Source: an uncultured Spirochaeta sp.
GTDB lineage: Bacteria; Spirochaetota; Spirochaetia; DTKZ01
Direction of reading: 5' to 3'
Assembly: GCA_937140905.1 (NCBI GenBank)
Contig: CAKZQO010000321.1
Span: 1 to 49,110, forward strand
DNA: 49,110 bases
The notes below the pieces were generated by a model that saw only the letters and a list, made by a program, of their open reading frames with translations, was not told where the DNA came from and searched no databases. A program made the translations under genes and the position numbers. Shown here piece by piece: positions 36,430 to 45,165 of the stretch. The first letter of the stretch is position 1. Each line of letters opens with the position of its first letter.

Positions 36430-36434
36430 AACAG

Positions 36435-38537
36435 ATGAGTTCCCAGAAATCCTTAAAAGAATCCATTCGGCAGTTCGTATTTGGGTGCAGGAAGAAGTTC
36501 CGGTACGTGGATCTACAGGATTACCTTAAAAAACAGGGAATCCCATTCGAGAACGATAAAACCGTCCTGGATCTCTTAGAATCCGAAGGGTTAGTTTTTT
36601 CGACGGATTTCACCCTGTTCCAACCAAGGCATCTATTCTTCAAGAACGCTCAGTTCCTCATTTCTCCTACCGATGAAGAGTTGAGTAGCGGGTACCTCAT
36701 TCCAGGGCACCGGTTTCTTCCCTTCCTAAACCCTTATATCAAACCCTGGGAAGTAGAGTTACTGGATCCCAATTCCCAGCCGATCCCATCCTGTAGAGTT
36801 CGAAAACGAGTTCGGGATCTCTACGTGTTTTATAGTCTCTTTAGTCGGGGCAACCCCCACAACCGTTACGTAGAAGAAAGTGCCCGCGGTGATGAAGGCA
36901 GGATGGTAGAAGTGGAGGCGTTCGACCTCACCGAACGAATTAAACGATGGAAGCTCAAGAGCGGGAGTGGTTTCCTTGTCACAGTTCTCGATTGGGTGAA
37001 AGGCTCCTATCAGATAGATCCCATTTCCAAGCGAAAACGCCAGAGCCTGTTGAAAGCGGGAACCGAGTGGATGCGCGCGTTAGAACAGGGGTTTTATCAG
37101 AGTTTCGAGGATCTAGACCTAAAATACCCTATCGAAGAGCAGATTGCCTATGCCTACTATTACGCGGGGAAAAAAGTTCTATCCAACCCACCCATTCATT
37201 TAGGTGGGTTTATCGAATCTTCCTCCCTTATCCATTTCGTCGATGTGGGACTCGAGAATCGTCTTTGGCACACTCCCCATGTGGCCAACGAAGAGTTGGA
37301 TCTACCGAATCCCGAAGAGCCCCAGGGGAAATCCGGAACAATGGGGGAAATCCTCCAAGATATTGGATTGTCCTTGGAGGAAAGTTCCATCGAAGCTTAC
37401 ATTCGAGACGCCTTTTTCCAAGGGAACGCAACCCCTGAACAGGTGCTGAGTAGAATTTTCGCCGGTCGGGGAACCTATTTCCACTCTCAAGAACAGATGG
37501 ATTCTTTCTTTAAATTCTTCGACGACCTCTGGAAACGGGTGAAACGATCCTACAATTCTTTTACCGACCGGCATACGGGGACGGTAAGAAGTCAGATCCT
37601 TCAGATCTTGGACCAACATATCGCTTGGCTTCGGGATCTGGATCGTCGACAGGTAAACCCAAAGGATCTACCCAAGAATGAGTTTCTAAGTCTGGCTCAG
37701 ATGTTCGATTTTCTGGAACGGTATCTACAGATCTTGAACCGGAAGAATCCGGGCACAGAAACAGAGCTTTCGGAAACCCTGTCCGTCATTCCGTTGATGG
37801 AGCAGACTTTTCAGGAAATACGCACCCGGGTGGAAAACGCCCTGAAAAAAAACGCCTCACCCCCTTTATCAAAGGACAGTGTTCCCAAGCCGCAGAAGGA
37901 GAAGGCAAAACCAAAACAACAAGAAGCTCAGAAGGAGGGAGCGGAAGCATCCTCTCTAAGCGCGAAAAGCGCCAAGAGAAAAAAACTCCCCTATTATGTG
38001 CTGAAGATTCAGCTCCAGTATATTCGTCCCCCTATTTGGAGACGCGTTCAGGTCCCTGGGAACTTGACGTTAAGCGATCTTCATAGGGTGATTCAGATCG
38101 CAATGGGATGGAAAGATTACCATCTATATGAATTCCTGATCGATCATAAATCATACGGGCCGCCCGACACGGAAGGGTTTGAAGTAATTTCTGATGAATC
38201 CGTTACGTTGCAGAAGTTGAATCTACAACCCAAGCAACGATTCCTTTACACGTACGATTTTGGCGATAACTGGGGGCACACCATCATCGTAGAAAAGGTT
38301 CTTTCGGAAGAAGATGTAAAAGAGGAGAGTCGTGGCAAATCGATTTGTTTAGCGGACAAACGAGCCTGCCCTCCCGAAGATTGCGGAGGGTATTCGGGAT
38401 ACGAGGAAATTTTGGAGGCGCTGCATTCCCCCAACAAGAAAAAGTATCGGGAGCTTCTCGATTGGGTAGGCGATTATAATCCAGAAGTGTTCAATCCCGA
38501 GGAAATCAACCAGAAATTAAAGAGCATCCATAGTTAA
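36435..38537 (+). CDS. Large protein with C-terminal pRiA4b ORF-3-like domain
   Basis: C-terminal PPIWRRVQVP...LHRVIQIAMGWKDYHLYEF...YTYDFGDNW.H...RACPPEDCGG..GY; the roughly 480-aa N-terminus is unassigned. Confidence 0.85.
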   Translation: MSSQKSLKESIRQFVFGCRKKFRYVDLQDYLKKQGIPFENDKTVLDLLESEGLVFSTDFTLFQPRHLFFKNAQFLISPTDEELSSGYLIPGHRFLPFLNPYIKPWEVELLDPNSQPIPSCRVRKRVRDLYVFYSLFSRGNPHNRYVEESARGDEGRMVEVEAFDLTERIKRWKLKSGSGFLVTVLDWVKGSYQIDPISKRKRQSLLKAGTEWMRALEQGFYQSFEDLDLKYPIEEQIAYAYYYAGKKVLSNPPIHLGGFIESSSLIHFVDVGLENRLWHTPHVANEELDLPNPEEPQGKSGTMGEILQDIGLSLEESSIEAYIRDAFFQGNATPEQVLSRIFAGRGTYFHSQEQMDSFFKFFDDLWKRVKRSYNSFTDRHTGTVRSQILQILDQHIAWLRDLDRRQVNPKDLPKNEFLSLAQMFDFLERYLQILNRKNPGTETELSETLSVIPLMEQTFQEIRTRVENALKKNASPPLSKDSVPKPQKEKAKPKQQEAQKEGAEASSLSAKSAKRKKLPYYVLKIQLQYIRPPIWRRVQVPGNLTLSDLHRVIQIAMGWKDYHLYEFLIDHKSYGPPDTEGFEVISDESVTLQKLNLQPKQRFLYTYDFGDNWGHTIIVEKVLSEEDVKEESRGKSICLADKRACPPEDCGGYSGYEEILEALHSPNKKKYRELLDWVGDYNPEVFNPEEINQKLKSIHS

Positions 38538-38550
38538 AAAGCGGGAACAT

Positions 38551-38579
38551 TTGACTTTTACCGTGTACATGCATATTCT
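38551..38579 (+). promoter_or_regulatory. Sigma70-type promoter TTGACT-17-TATTCT
   Basis: Directly upstream of the SD (GAGGT) and ATG 38601. Confidence 0.6.
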
Positions 38580-38600
38580 TGTAATATAGAGGTAACTTAT

Positions 38601-38750
38601 ATGGAAATTAATCCCGTGAATCCCGCCCCCATCCCGGTAGATCCTGCCCCTGCTCCACCGGCTACTCCAGTGGCCGAAAACACATCCCCTCCTCCTGCTG
38701 AACCAGTGACCGACCAATCCGTAGGGCAGGCAGTAGATATACAAGCATAA
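38601..38750 (+). CDS. Small 49-aa proline-rich protein with YjfB-like C-terminus
   Basis: Below the ORF-track cutoff: MEINPVNPAPIPVDPAPAPPATPVAENTSPPPAEPVTDQSVGQAVDIQA*. It has its own promoter and SD. Confidence 0.75.
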   Translation: MEINPVNPAPIPVDPAPAPPATPVAENTSPPPAEPVTDQSVGQAVDIQA

Positions 38751-38986
38751 AGATTCATTTCCAATTCATTTTTTCCCGCTTAATTTCTCATGATTGCAGT
38801 TAAATGAAAAACAGAGAGGAATTATCCTTTCTCATCGTGTTCCGGCGAAAGTTAGACTTTTTTCTGCTTTCAGTCAATTCTTATAATTCGGTCAATGGCC
38901 GATAAAACGGCTTGACGACTGGCGATTTTTCGTTAATCATAGGTAGTAGCGAAATGCTGAATCTTTATCATGCAAGGAGAAAACCT

Positions 38987-40003
38987 ATGAAAAGACTCTG
39001 GATCCTGATCGTACTGGCAAGCCTTGTGTTGCCCGTATTCGCCGACGACGCCCTCGTGTTGCCCCAGGGGGTGCTCCGGATCTCGATAGCCCCAAGCTAT
39101 GGTTTTGCCAAGGAACAATGGGACAAGGATGGGGAGGCGCAGGATATTACGAGCGCTGTCGGAACTAAATCAGACGGTATTCAATACTTCAATGTGGGGA
39201 TCGCTTTTGAATACGGCGTGACCGACTGGATCACCGCGGCAATCCAGTGGACTCCTGGGTGGAACCTCTGGTCCACGATGGGATTCGATAAAACAACGGT
39301 ACCTGCGGGCGCATTGGGCCTTCCTCTTCCTCCTACCACTCCTGTTCCCTTTTACCTCGATCAGGCTACCCTCGGATCCTTTTTCGACTTATTTGTAGGG
39401 GCAAAGATTCAGATTATGGGTAAGAAGGCTCCGGTCTTAAATGATACTATGCGCTTTTCTGTCGCCCCCGGCATCAAGATCCCTTTGCCTGGAGCGAGTG
39501 CCGCTGATGTAAAACCCACATTAGACGAAGCCTTTGTTGCCAAAGAACCAGACAACCATCTATGGGGGTTAGGGGCTAGGTTGTACTTCGACTATAACGT
39601 GACCCCCGAGTTCTTCGTGAACCTCTATAGCGAGTTCATCTATTACCCAGAGCAGAAGGTTTCTGATAGTGTGAACTTCGGAGATGATAAGAAAGTAGCT
39701 AAGGGTTACGATTGGACCATTGAGATCGAACCCCAGTACTGGGCGCCGGTCGCGGATGGGCTTGTGTTCAAAGCTTTCCTCCCCTTCACCTACAAGATGA
39801 CCCCCGATTACAAGATCGAAGGAACGAAAATACCGGATTCCGCGTCCAGCATCCTCTCCGTAACCCCTGCCCTTGGTCTTTTCTTCACCAAGACTTTCAT
39901 GCCCATTGAACTGGAAGTCGGGTACCGCTGGCCCTTGATGGGAACCAACAACCCCATCACGAACGTGGTCTACATCCTCGGCAGATTCTACATGAAGTTC
40001 TAA
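38987..40003 (+). CDS. Predicted outer-membrane beta-barrel (transporter/porin-like)
   Basis: Signal peptide MKRLWILIVLASLVLPVFA, aromatic-rich amphipathic strands, C-terminal ...GRFYMKF. SD AAGGAG supports ATG 38987. Confidence 0.8.
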   Translation: MKRLWILIVLASLVLPVFADDALVLPQGVLRISIAPSYGFAKEQWDKDGEAQDITSAVGTKSDGIQYFNVGIAFEYGVTDWITAAIQWTPGWNLWSTMGFDKTTVPAGALGLPLPPTTPVPFYLDQATLGSFFDLFVGAKIQIMGKKAPVLNDTMRFSVAPGIKIPLPGASAADVKPTLDEAFVAKEPDNHLWGLGARLYFDYNVTPEFFVNLYSEFIYYPEQKVSDSVNFGDDKKVAKGYDWTIEIEPQYWAPVADGLVFKAFLPFTYKMTPDYKIEGTKIPDSASSILSVTPALGLFFTKTFMPIELEVGYRWPLMGTNNPITNVVYILGRFYMKF

Positions 40004-40077
40004 AAGCCTAGATCCCTGGAGTAGACATGTCAACAAGAACGAATCTTGTTTGACGCGTGCTTATTTTTCGAACCATC

Positions 40078-40104
40078 AAGCGCCCTCTAGAGGGCGCTTT
40101 TTTT
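40078..40104 (+). terminator. Rho-independent terminator
   Basis: AAGCGCCCT-CTAG-AGGGCGCTT plus a T-run. Confidence 0.9.
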
Positions 40105-40121
40105 GTTCCCTTGTTCTCCAG

Positions 40122-40150
40122 TTGACAGCCTTACCTCGCAAACCGATACT
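40122..40150 (+). promoter_or_regulatory. Sigma70-type promoter TTGACA-17-GATACT
   Basis: The -10 box ends 7 nt before ATG 40158 and there is no SD. Confidence 0.6.
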
Positions 40151-40157
40151 TTTTAGT

Positions 40158-41324
40158 ATGAACAAAGCTCTGACTGAGCGAACCTCAAGTTCGATTGGAT
40201 TCTACTCTACCATCCTTATCATTGTAGGAATCATCGCTTTTCTACTTGCCTCTTGTAACCAAAAAACGGATTATTCAATAGGGTTTTCTACCTCTCTCAC
40301 GGGGAGAGGAGCGAGCCTTGGAAAAGATCTATACGAAGGGACCCTCTTGGCAGTTGAAGAAATAAACCAAGAGGAAGGTCCGTTTCGGATTAAACTAATC
40401 GTTCGAGACGATGGGGGGGACAAAGGAAGAGCGTTGGCCAACGCGAAAGAGTTCGCGGAAATGGGTATTGAAGTCGTTATGGGGTACGCGACTAGCGCTA
40501 TAGCGGATGCCGTACTCCCTTTCCTCACCGAAAAGAAGATTGTGTTGTTGGGTGCATCCATCTCCTCGCCGATCTTCGATAAGAAGGATGATTTCTTGTT
40601 CCGAGTCGTCAACTCTTCCACATCTGAAGCCATAGCGGTTGCGGATCATATCATCGAAACCATTGGTCCAAAAGTATTTGTGGGGATCTTCGATCAAGGG
40701 AATGCGGCCTATGCAGAGGCCTGGGCCAAAACGTTCCGAAACCGCTACCAGGTTCGGGGAGGAGTCGTTTCCCTTATTCTTCCGTTCCTGACCCGAACTC
40801 CTCCTCCGTATCAGGAAGTGATCGATGATGCCCTGCAAAAAGAACCAAGCGCCACAGGGATATGCGTGGTGGCTAGTTCGATCGACACAGCCGGATTCGC
40901 CCAAGCTTTTAAACAACGGGTGCCGAATGGAATCATCGCGGTAAGTGGTTGGGGAAACAACCTGGATCTCATCACCTATGGAGGCAAGGCCGTAGAGGGG
41001 GCTATTATCGCTCAATCCCACAATCCTCTCGACTCTTCTCCCAGGTTCCTCCGGTTCAAGTCTAAATTCCAGGAAGCTTTCGGCCGGATTCCACCCTTTG
41101 GAGCGGTTCACGCGTACGAAACAGTAAAATACCTTGAAACTGCTCTTCGGCAGCGGAAAACCGGAGAACCATTGAAAGAAGCATTGAAACGGATCAAGGA
41201 AGTACAAGGAGTCCAACGAAAGATCCGTTTTGACGAAACAGGAGACGCGTACCGCCCCTTGTTCATTCTAACCGTACGGGAAGGAGTTTTTACCTTGATC
41301 TCGGAGAGGGAGCCAGAGTGCTGA
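40158..41324 (+). CDS. LivJ/Peripla_BP_6-type periplasmic binding lipoprotein
   Basis: Lipobox FLLASC, SLTGRGASLG..LAVEEIN, VRDD, FLFRV and GVQRKIRFDETGD motifs. The 40050 TTG start is rejected because it lies upstream of the terminator. Confidence 0.88.
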   Translation: MNKALTERTSSSIGFYSTILIIVGIIAFLLASCNQKTDYSIGFSTSLTGRGASLGKDLYEGTLLAVEEINQEEGPFRIKLIVRDDGGDKGRALANAKEFAEMGIEVVMGYATSAIADAVLPFLTEKKIVLLGASISSPIFDKKDDFLFRVVNSSTSEAIAVADHIIETIGPKVFVGIFDQGNAAYAEAWAKTFRNRYQVRGGVVSLILPFLTRTPPPYQEVIDDALQKEPSATGICVVASSIDTAGFAQAFKQRVPNGIIAVSGWGNNLDLITYGGKAVEGAIIAQSHNPLDSSPRFLRFKSKFQEAFGRIPPFGAVHAYETVKYLETALRQRKTGEPLKEALKRIKEVQGVQRKIRFDETGDAYRPLFILTVREGVFTLISEREPEC

Positions 41325-43897
41325 TCTTTAGGGGTGTTGGAAAATCGAATAAACCCACCAACCTTGGCGCGTACTTCATCTACCGCACCGCGTTGGTCAT
41401 GATCCTTCTCTTTGCCGTTATCACGCTTATCACCCTACTCTTCTTGCGAAAGAGTTCCAAGGAACAGTTATTATCCCTTCAACGATCAGCCACCCAAATA
41501 CTTGCCGAAGAGGCAAGGGTACGTGGAGCTTCCTTGAAGATTGTTTTGCAAACCGCCTCGGCCTACTGGGCTAGCGGAACCTTTTCCACAGCCCTTCATG
41601 AAGGGTTCCAATCCTTTGGGCAAGCGTTGATTCAAAGTGAACCATCTTTTCTTTCCCTCTGGATCGTGGATGGGAGTACCGGCAAGGTAAAAGGAGCTAC
41701 TCCCATGGACCGAGCAATCCTCGGGTACGATTGTTCTTACCTCTTGCCCGCAAAACAAGTTAATTCCCGACAAATCCACTGGTCTCCCATTGGGTTAAAC
41801 CCATTTTTTGCCAACCCCGTGTTTTCCCTGAGTTTGGAAGCGGGTAAAGACATCTGCATAGGTTGGATCGATCCTCAACTGTTTCTACAGGATTTTACTC
41901 TCCCGCGGTATGGAGAAGCCCATTTCCTTGATGTATTTGCCTGTGACAGTGAAGGCAACTTGGTGGTACATCGGGAACCGCGATTCGTGATCCGACGGGA
42001 AAACATTCGAGCCGTGCCCGCAGTCCGACACACCCTGGAAAAGCATGTTCCCTCTTTCTCGATCGTGGAATCCTCCATCTTTGGGGAAGGCAGAATGATC
42101 GTAACCACTGCGCCCGTGGAGGAATCTGAATGGGTAGTAGGGGTAGTACAGGAGGAAAAAAGAATAGAAATCCACCCTTTCACTCTCATAGCTTGGGGGT
42201 CTGCGTTTTTTATCGTCTTCTCCCTTCTTTCCCTCTTCACCGCTCGGCAGGTGAGCCGAGCGGTGTCCAAAGAGTTCCAACCTTTCACAGAGAGCATCGA
42301 GGCGGTCTCTAAGGGAAACTATATGCTTCCCATCCCACCTCAACGATTCGAAGAACTGGAAGCCCTTAGGGTTTCCTTTCAATCCATGGCCGAAGCTGTC
42401 CAGGAACGGGAGAAGCAGTTGGCCGAATCCAACACCTTCATTCGTACAGTCCTCGATACCATCCCGGTAGAAGTTTTCTGGAAAGATCTGGATCTGAAGT
42501 TCCAGGGGTGTAATCGGCTTTTTCTGCGTGACACGGGAAAAGAAAGAATCGAAGAATTTGTAGGTTTAGACGATTACGCCATGCCCTGGAAGGATCAGGC
42601 GGAACTGTATCGATCGGAGGATCGGGAAGTGATTCGAAGTGGCCAGGCTAAGGTAGGATTGGAGCACTTCCATACGTTGGCGGATGGAAGTCGGGTTTGG
42701 CACCTAACCACCAAGATTCCCTTGAAGAATCCAAAGGGAGAGATCATAGGAGTTCTGGGGACTACCATCGATATCACAACCTTAAAGGAACGGGAAGAAG
42801 AAATCAGGGCTCTCAACGCAGAACTGGAGCGTCGGGTAGAGGAACGAACCGAAGATCTATTGAAGGCAAACGAAGAGCTAAGGAACGTTCTCGCCAATCT
42901 TTCCAAAACGCAGGAACGCCTCCTCCAAGCAGAAAAACTTTCTGTCCTTGGTAGGCTCTCTGCTGGGATTGCGCATGAATTGAATACCCCACTGGGCGCG
43001 ATTCTCTCCTCCACCCATTCCTTTGGCCAACTGATGGAGCATTTCATTGAAAAAGAACTCCCCTATTTCTGCTCCCTTTTGGAAGAAGATCGTGAGTTCT
43101 ACCTATGGGTCTTCAAGACGATCCGCTCCACCCCCGCTTTTACGCATCTTCTTTCCGAAGAGGAGATTTCTCTCTTAACGAAACAGCTCAGAGAAGCGGG
43201 GGTTTACGATCCAGAAGAGGCGGTGGAACTCCTGGAAGATCTTTCTCCCTCCATTTCTCCCTACCTTGATATCCTTGTCACTGCGCTTAAAGACCCGCAC
43301 AAGAGGGAACTCCTTCACCATATCAGCCAAAGCTTGAACCTGTTCCGTTCTATCCAAGTGATTGATCTGGCTGCCCAGAAAGCCTCCTCGGTAGTTCAGG
43401 CCCTCCGACGGTACTTAAAATCCGAACCCCAGTTAGAGCGAGGTATGGTCGAGGTAGAGCGGGACATCGAGACAGTACTGGTTCTTCTCCAGAATCGAAT
43501 CAAAGATGGGGTGCGGATCGTACGAAGGTATGGGGGAGTCCACGCGTGGGGGTCCTCCGCACAACTCACCCAAGTGTGGTTGAACCTGATCAACAACGCC
43601 TTGCAGGCCATGAACTATCAGGGGGAGTTGATTTTGGAGACGAAACAGGAAGGAGCCCTTGTTTTGGTTTCGGTCATCGACAATGGTCCTGGAATACCGG
43701 AAGAAATCAAACCCTTCATCTTCGAGCCCTTCTTTACCACCAAGAAGCAGGGAGAGGGGATTGGAATCGGGCTCGAGATCTGTCGATCCATCGTGCGCGA
43801 GCATGGGGGCTCCATTACCTTCGAGAGCTCACCCGGTCGCACCCGTTTTACCGTTACCCTTGCGGCTTTCGAGCCTGAAGTTCCGCCCCATACATAG
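41318..43897 (+). CDS. Sensor histidine kinase (Cache-HAMP-PAS-HisKA-HATPase)
   Basis: Two TM helices, PAS (VFWKD...GCN), AGIAHELNTPLG, QVWLNLINNA, DNGPGI, FFTTK.QGEGIGIGL. Confidence 0.94.
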   Translation: MLIFRGVGKSNKPTNLGAYFIYRTALVMILLFAVITLITLLFLRKSSKEQLLSLQRSATQILAEEARVRGASLKIVLQTASAYWASGTFSTALHEGFQSFGQALIQSEPSFLSLWIVDGSTGKVKGATPMDRAILGYDCSYLLPAKQVNSRQIHWSPIGLNPFFANPVFSLSLEAGKDICIGWIDPQLFLQDFTLPRYGEAHFLDVFACDSEGNLVVHREPRFVIRRENIRAVPAVRHTLEKHVPSFSIVESSIFGEGRMIVTTAPVEESEWVVGVVQEEKRIEIHPFTLIAWGSAFFIVFSLLSLFTARQVSRAVSKEFQPFTESIEAVSKGNYMLPIPPQRFEELEALRVSFQSMAEAVQEREKQLAESNTFIRTVLDTIPVEVFWKDLDLKFQGCNRLFLRDTGKERIEEFVGLDDYAMPWKDQAELYRSEDREVIRSGQAKVGLEHFHTLADGSRVWHLTTKIPLKNPKGEIIGVLGTTIDITTLKEREEEIRALNAELERRVEERTEDLLKANEELRNVLANLSKTQERLLQAEKLSVLGRLSAGIAHELNTPLGAILSSTHSFGQLMEHFIEKELPYFCSLLEEDREFYLWVFKTIRSTPAFTHLLSEEEISLLTKQLREAGVYDPEEAVELLEDLSPSISPYLDILVTALKDPHKRELLHHISQSLNLFRSIQVIDLAAQKASSVVQALRRYLKSEPQLERGMVEVERDIETVLVLLQNRIKDGVRIVRRYGGVHAWGSSAQLTQVWLNLINNALQAMNYQGELILETKQEGALVLVSVIDNGPGIPEEIKPFIFEPFFTTKKQGEGIGIGLEICRSIVREHGGSITFESSPGRTRFTVTLAAFEPEVPPHT

Positions 43898-45077
43898 TGA
43901 ACATGGCGGCTACATAACACAGTCCCATCGCCCAGAAGACGCTACTCAACCCAAACCGGTCAGCCAGCCACCCGGAAAACGCGGCTGCCACAGAACCGAT
44001 TCCAAAGGTCATAAAAAACATGAATCCATACCCTACCCCCTGTCGTCTCTTTGGAAGGATACGAGCAACGATGGTGTTTTGCATGGGTTGAATGGCAAAA
44101 CTGAAAAAGCCAAAACCTACCGCCCCCAACAGCAGAGGAATACCACGGGTGAAGGCCATCAATAGGATACTGGCGGCAGAGATCAGAAGGGTGATAATGT
44201 ACAACTGTTGAGGTCGATACCTATCAACTAGAGCTCCCGCGATATATTGCCCAGCCGCTCCTGCGATGAGGGTGACCGTGGCAAAGATTCCCCCGACCCG
44301 CACCGGATCCAAGCCCTTGAGCACTTGGGAAAACTCCCTCCCCAGATAGGTAGGCAAAAAGGTCAATACTCCCCGGTTCCCCATTCCCCCCAGAGCGCAA
44401 GAGAGGTAAAAGAGCACGAGGGAAGTAGTGATGATCCCTTTTCGTTGGGAAGAGAGTGTTTCCGTTGAGGGAATAGCTCCCTGATCTTCGTTAGGATCCT
44501 TAGGCTCCTTCCGCTCAATAGGTTCCATCCGATAGGAAGGAAGGGAAAGAGCGAAGAAGCCTACGATCAATACACCGATTCCAAACAGGATGTAGGGTGA
44601 TTTCCACCCCCACCTAGCCCCTAAGAAAGCCGCCACGAAGGGTACGGTAGAGGTTCCGAGACTGCCGGCAATCCCATTGACCCCAAAAGCCTTTCCCCTT
44701 TCTTTGATTCCCAGACTGATGATGGTATTGGCAGCCGGATGGTAGAAACTACCTAGGATACCGAGAAATCCCATTAGGATAGCAAAGGGAAAGAGTTTCC
44801 GCACGAACAATACCGAGATACAAAGGATCCCCGCACCAAAGAGGTAGAGAACCAAAAGTCGGGTAGGTCCCACCCGATCAGCCAACGCTCCAGAGGGAAA
44901 CGCCCCCAATCCAAAGGTATAGGAAAAGACCGACATCACCATTCCTAGGTGAAAATAATCGGTACCAAACACCCCTAACAGAAGGGGTATGAGAGGGGGG
45001 AGCGCTCCTTCTATGAGATGCACCAAGGTATGAGCCGCGCTAACCACCGCGAGAGTCTTACGATCCTGGGTATCCAT
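43854..45077 (-). CDS. MFS transporter (Fsr-like)
   Basis: About 12 TM helices, GALADRVGP motif A, SFYHP. ATG 45077 is chosen from the upstream TGn-TACTAT box; 45086 and 45113 are alternatives. Confidence 0.92.
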   Translation of the reverse strand: MDTQDRKTLAVVSAAHTLVHLIEGALPPLIPLLLGVFGTDYFHLGMVMSVFSYTFGLGAFPSGALADRVGPTRLLVLYLFGAGILCISVLFVRKLFPFAILMGFLGILGSFYHPAANTIISLGIKERGKAFGVNGIAGSLGTSTVPFVAAFLGARWGWKSPYILFGIGVLIVGFFALSLPSYRMEPIERKEPKDPNEDQGAIPSTETLSSQRKGIITTSLVLFYLSCALGGMGNRGVLTFLPTYLGREFSQVLKGLDPVRVGGIFATVTLIAGAAGQYIAGALVDRYRPQQLYIITLLISAASILLMAFTRGIPLLLGAVGFGFFSFAIQPMQNTIVARILPKRRQGVGYGFMFFMTFGIGSVAAAFSGWLADRFGLSSVFWAMGLCYVAAMFTMYGAELQARKPQG

Positions 45078-45084
45078 ACCTGGC

Positions 45085-45135
45085 ATAGTAACAAGTTTTA
45101 CTCCGCTTGACACCCCCTAGACCTCCCATTACTCT
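45085..45135. promoter_or_regulatory. Back-to-back divergent promoters sharing the -35 region
   Basis: Plus strand TTGACA(45107)-17-TACTCT for acnA; minus strand GTGTCA(45113)-17-TACTAT for the MFS gene. Confidence 0.55.
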
Positions 45136-45165
45136 TGGGGAAAACCTTTTCCCAACGGAGGCTGT

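Noticed and set aside
36435-38537. Mobile-element call for the pRiA4b-domain gene
   Set aside because: No transposase, terminal repeats or target duplication; it is coupled to housekeeping purE.
38517-38744. 75-aa minus-strand ORF
   Set aside because: It is antisense to the better-supported 49-aa plus-strand ORF, which has a promoter and SD.
38898-38905. GCCGATAA sigma28 -10 box upstream of the OMP gene
   Set aside because: No TAAA -35 element at the expected spacing; a sigma70-like TTGACG-17-AATCAT follows.
40395-41216. 273-aa antisense ORF and the many other short overlapping ORFs in the track
   Set aside because: They lie inside well-supported genes on another strand or frame and have no recognisable features.
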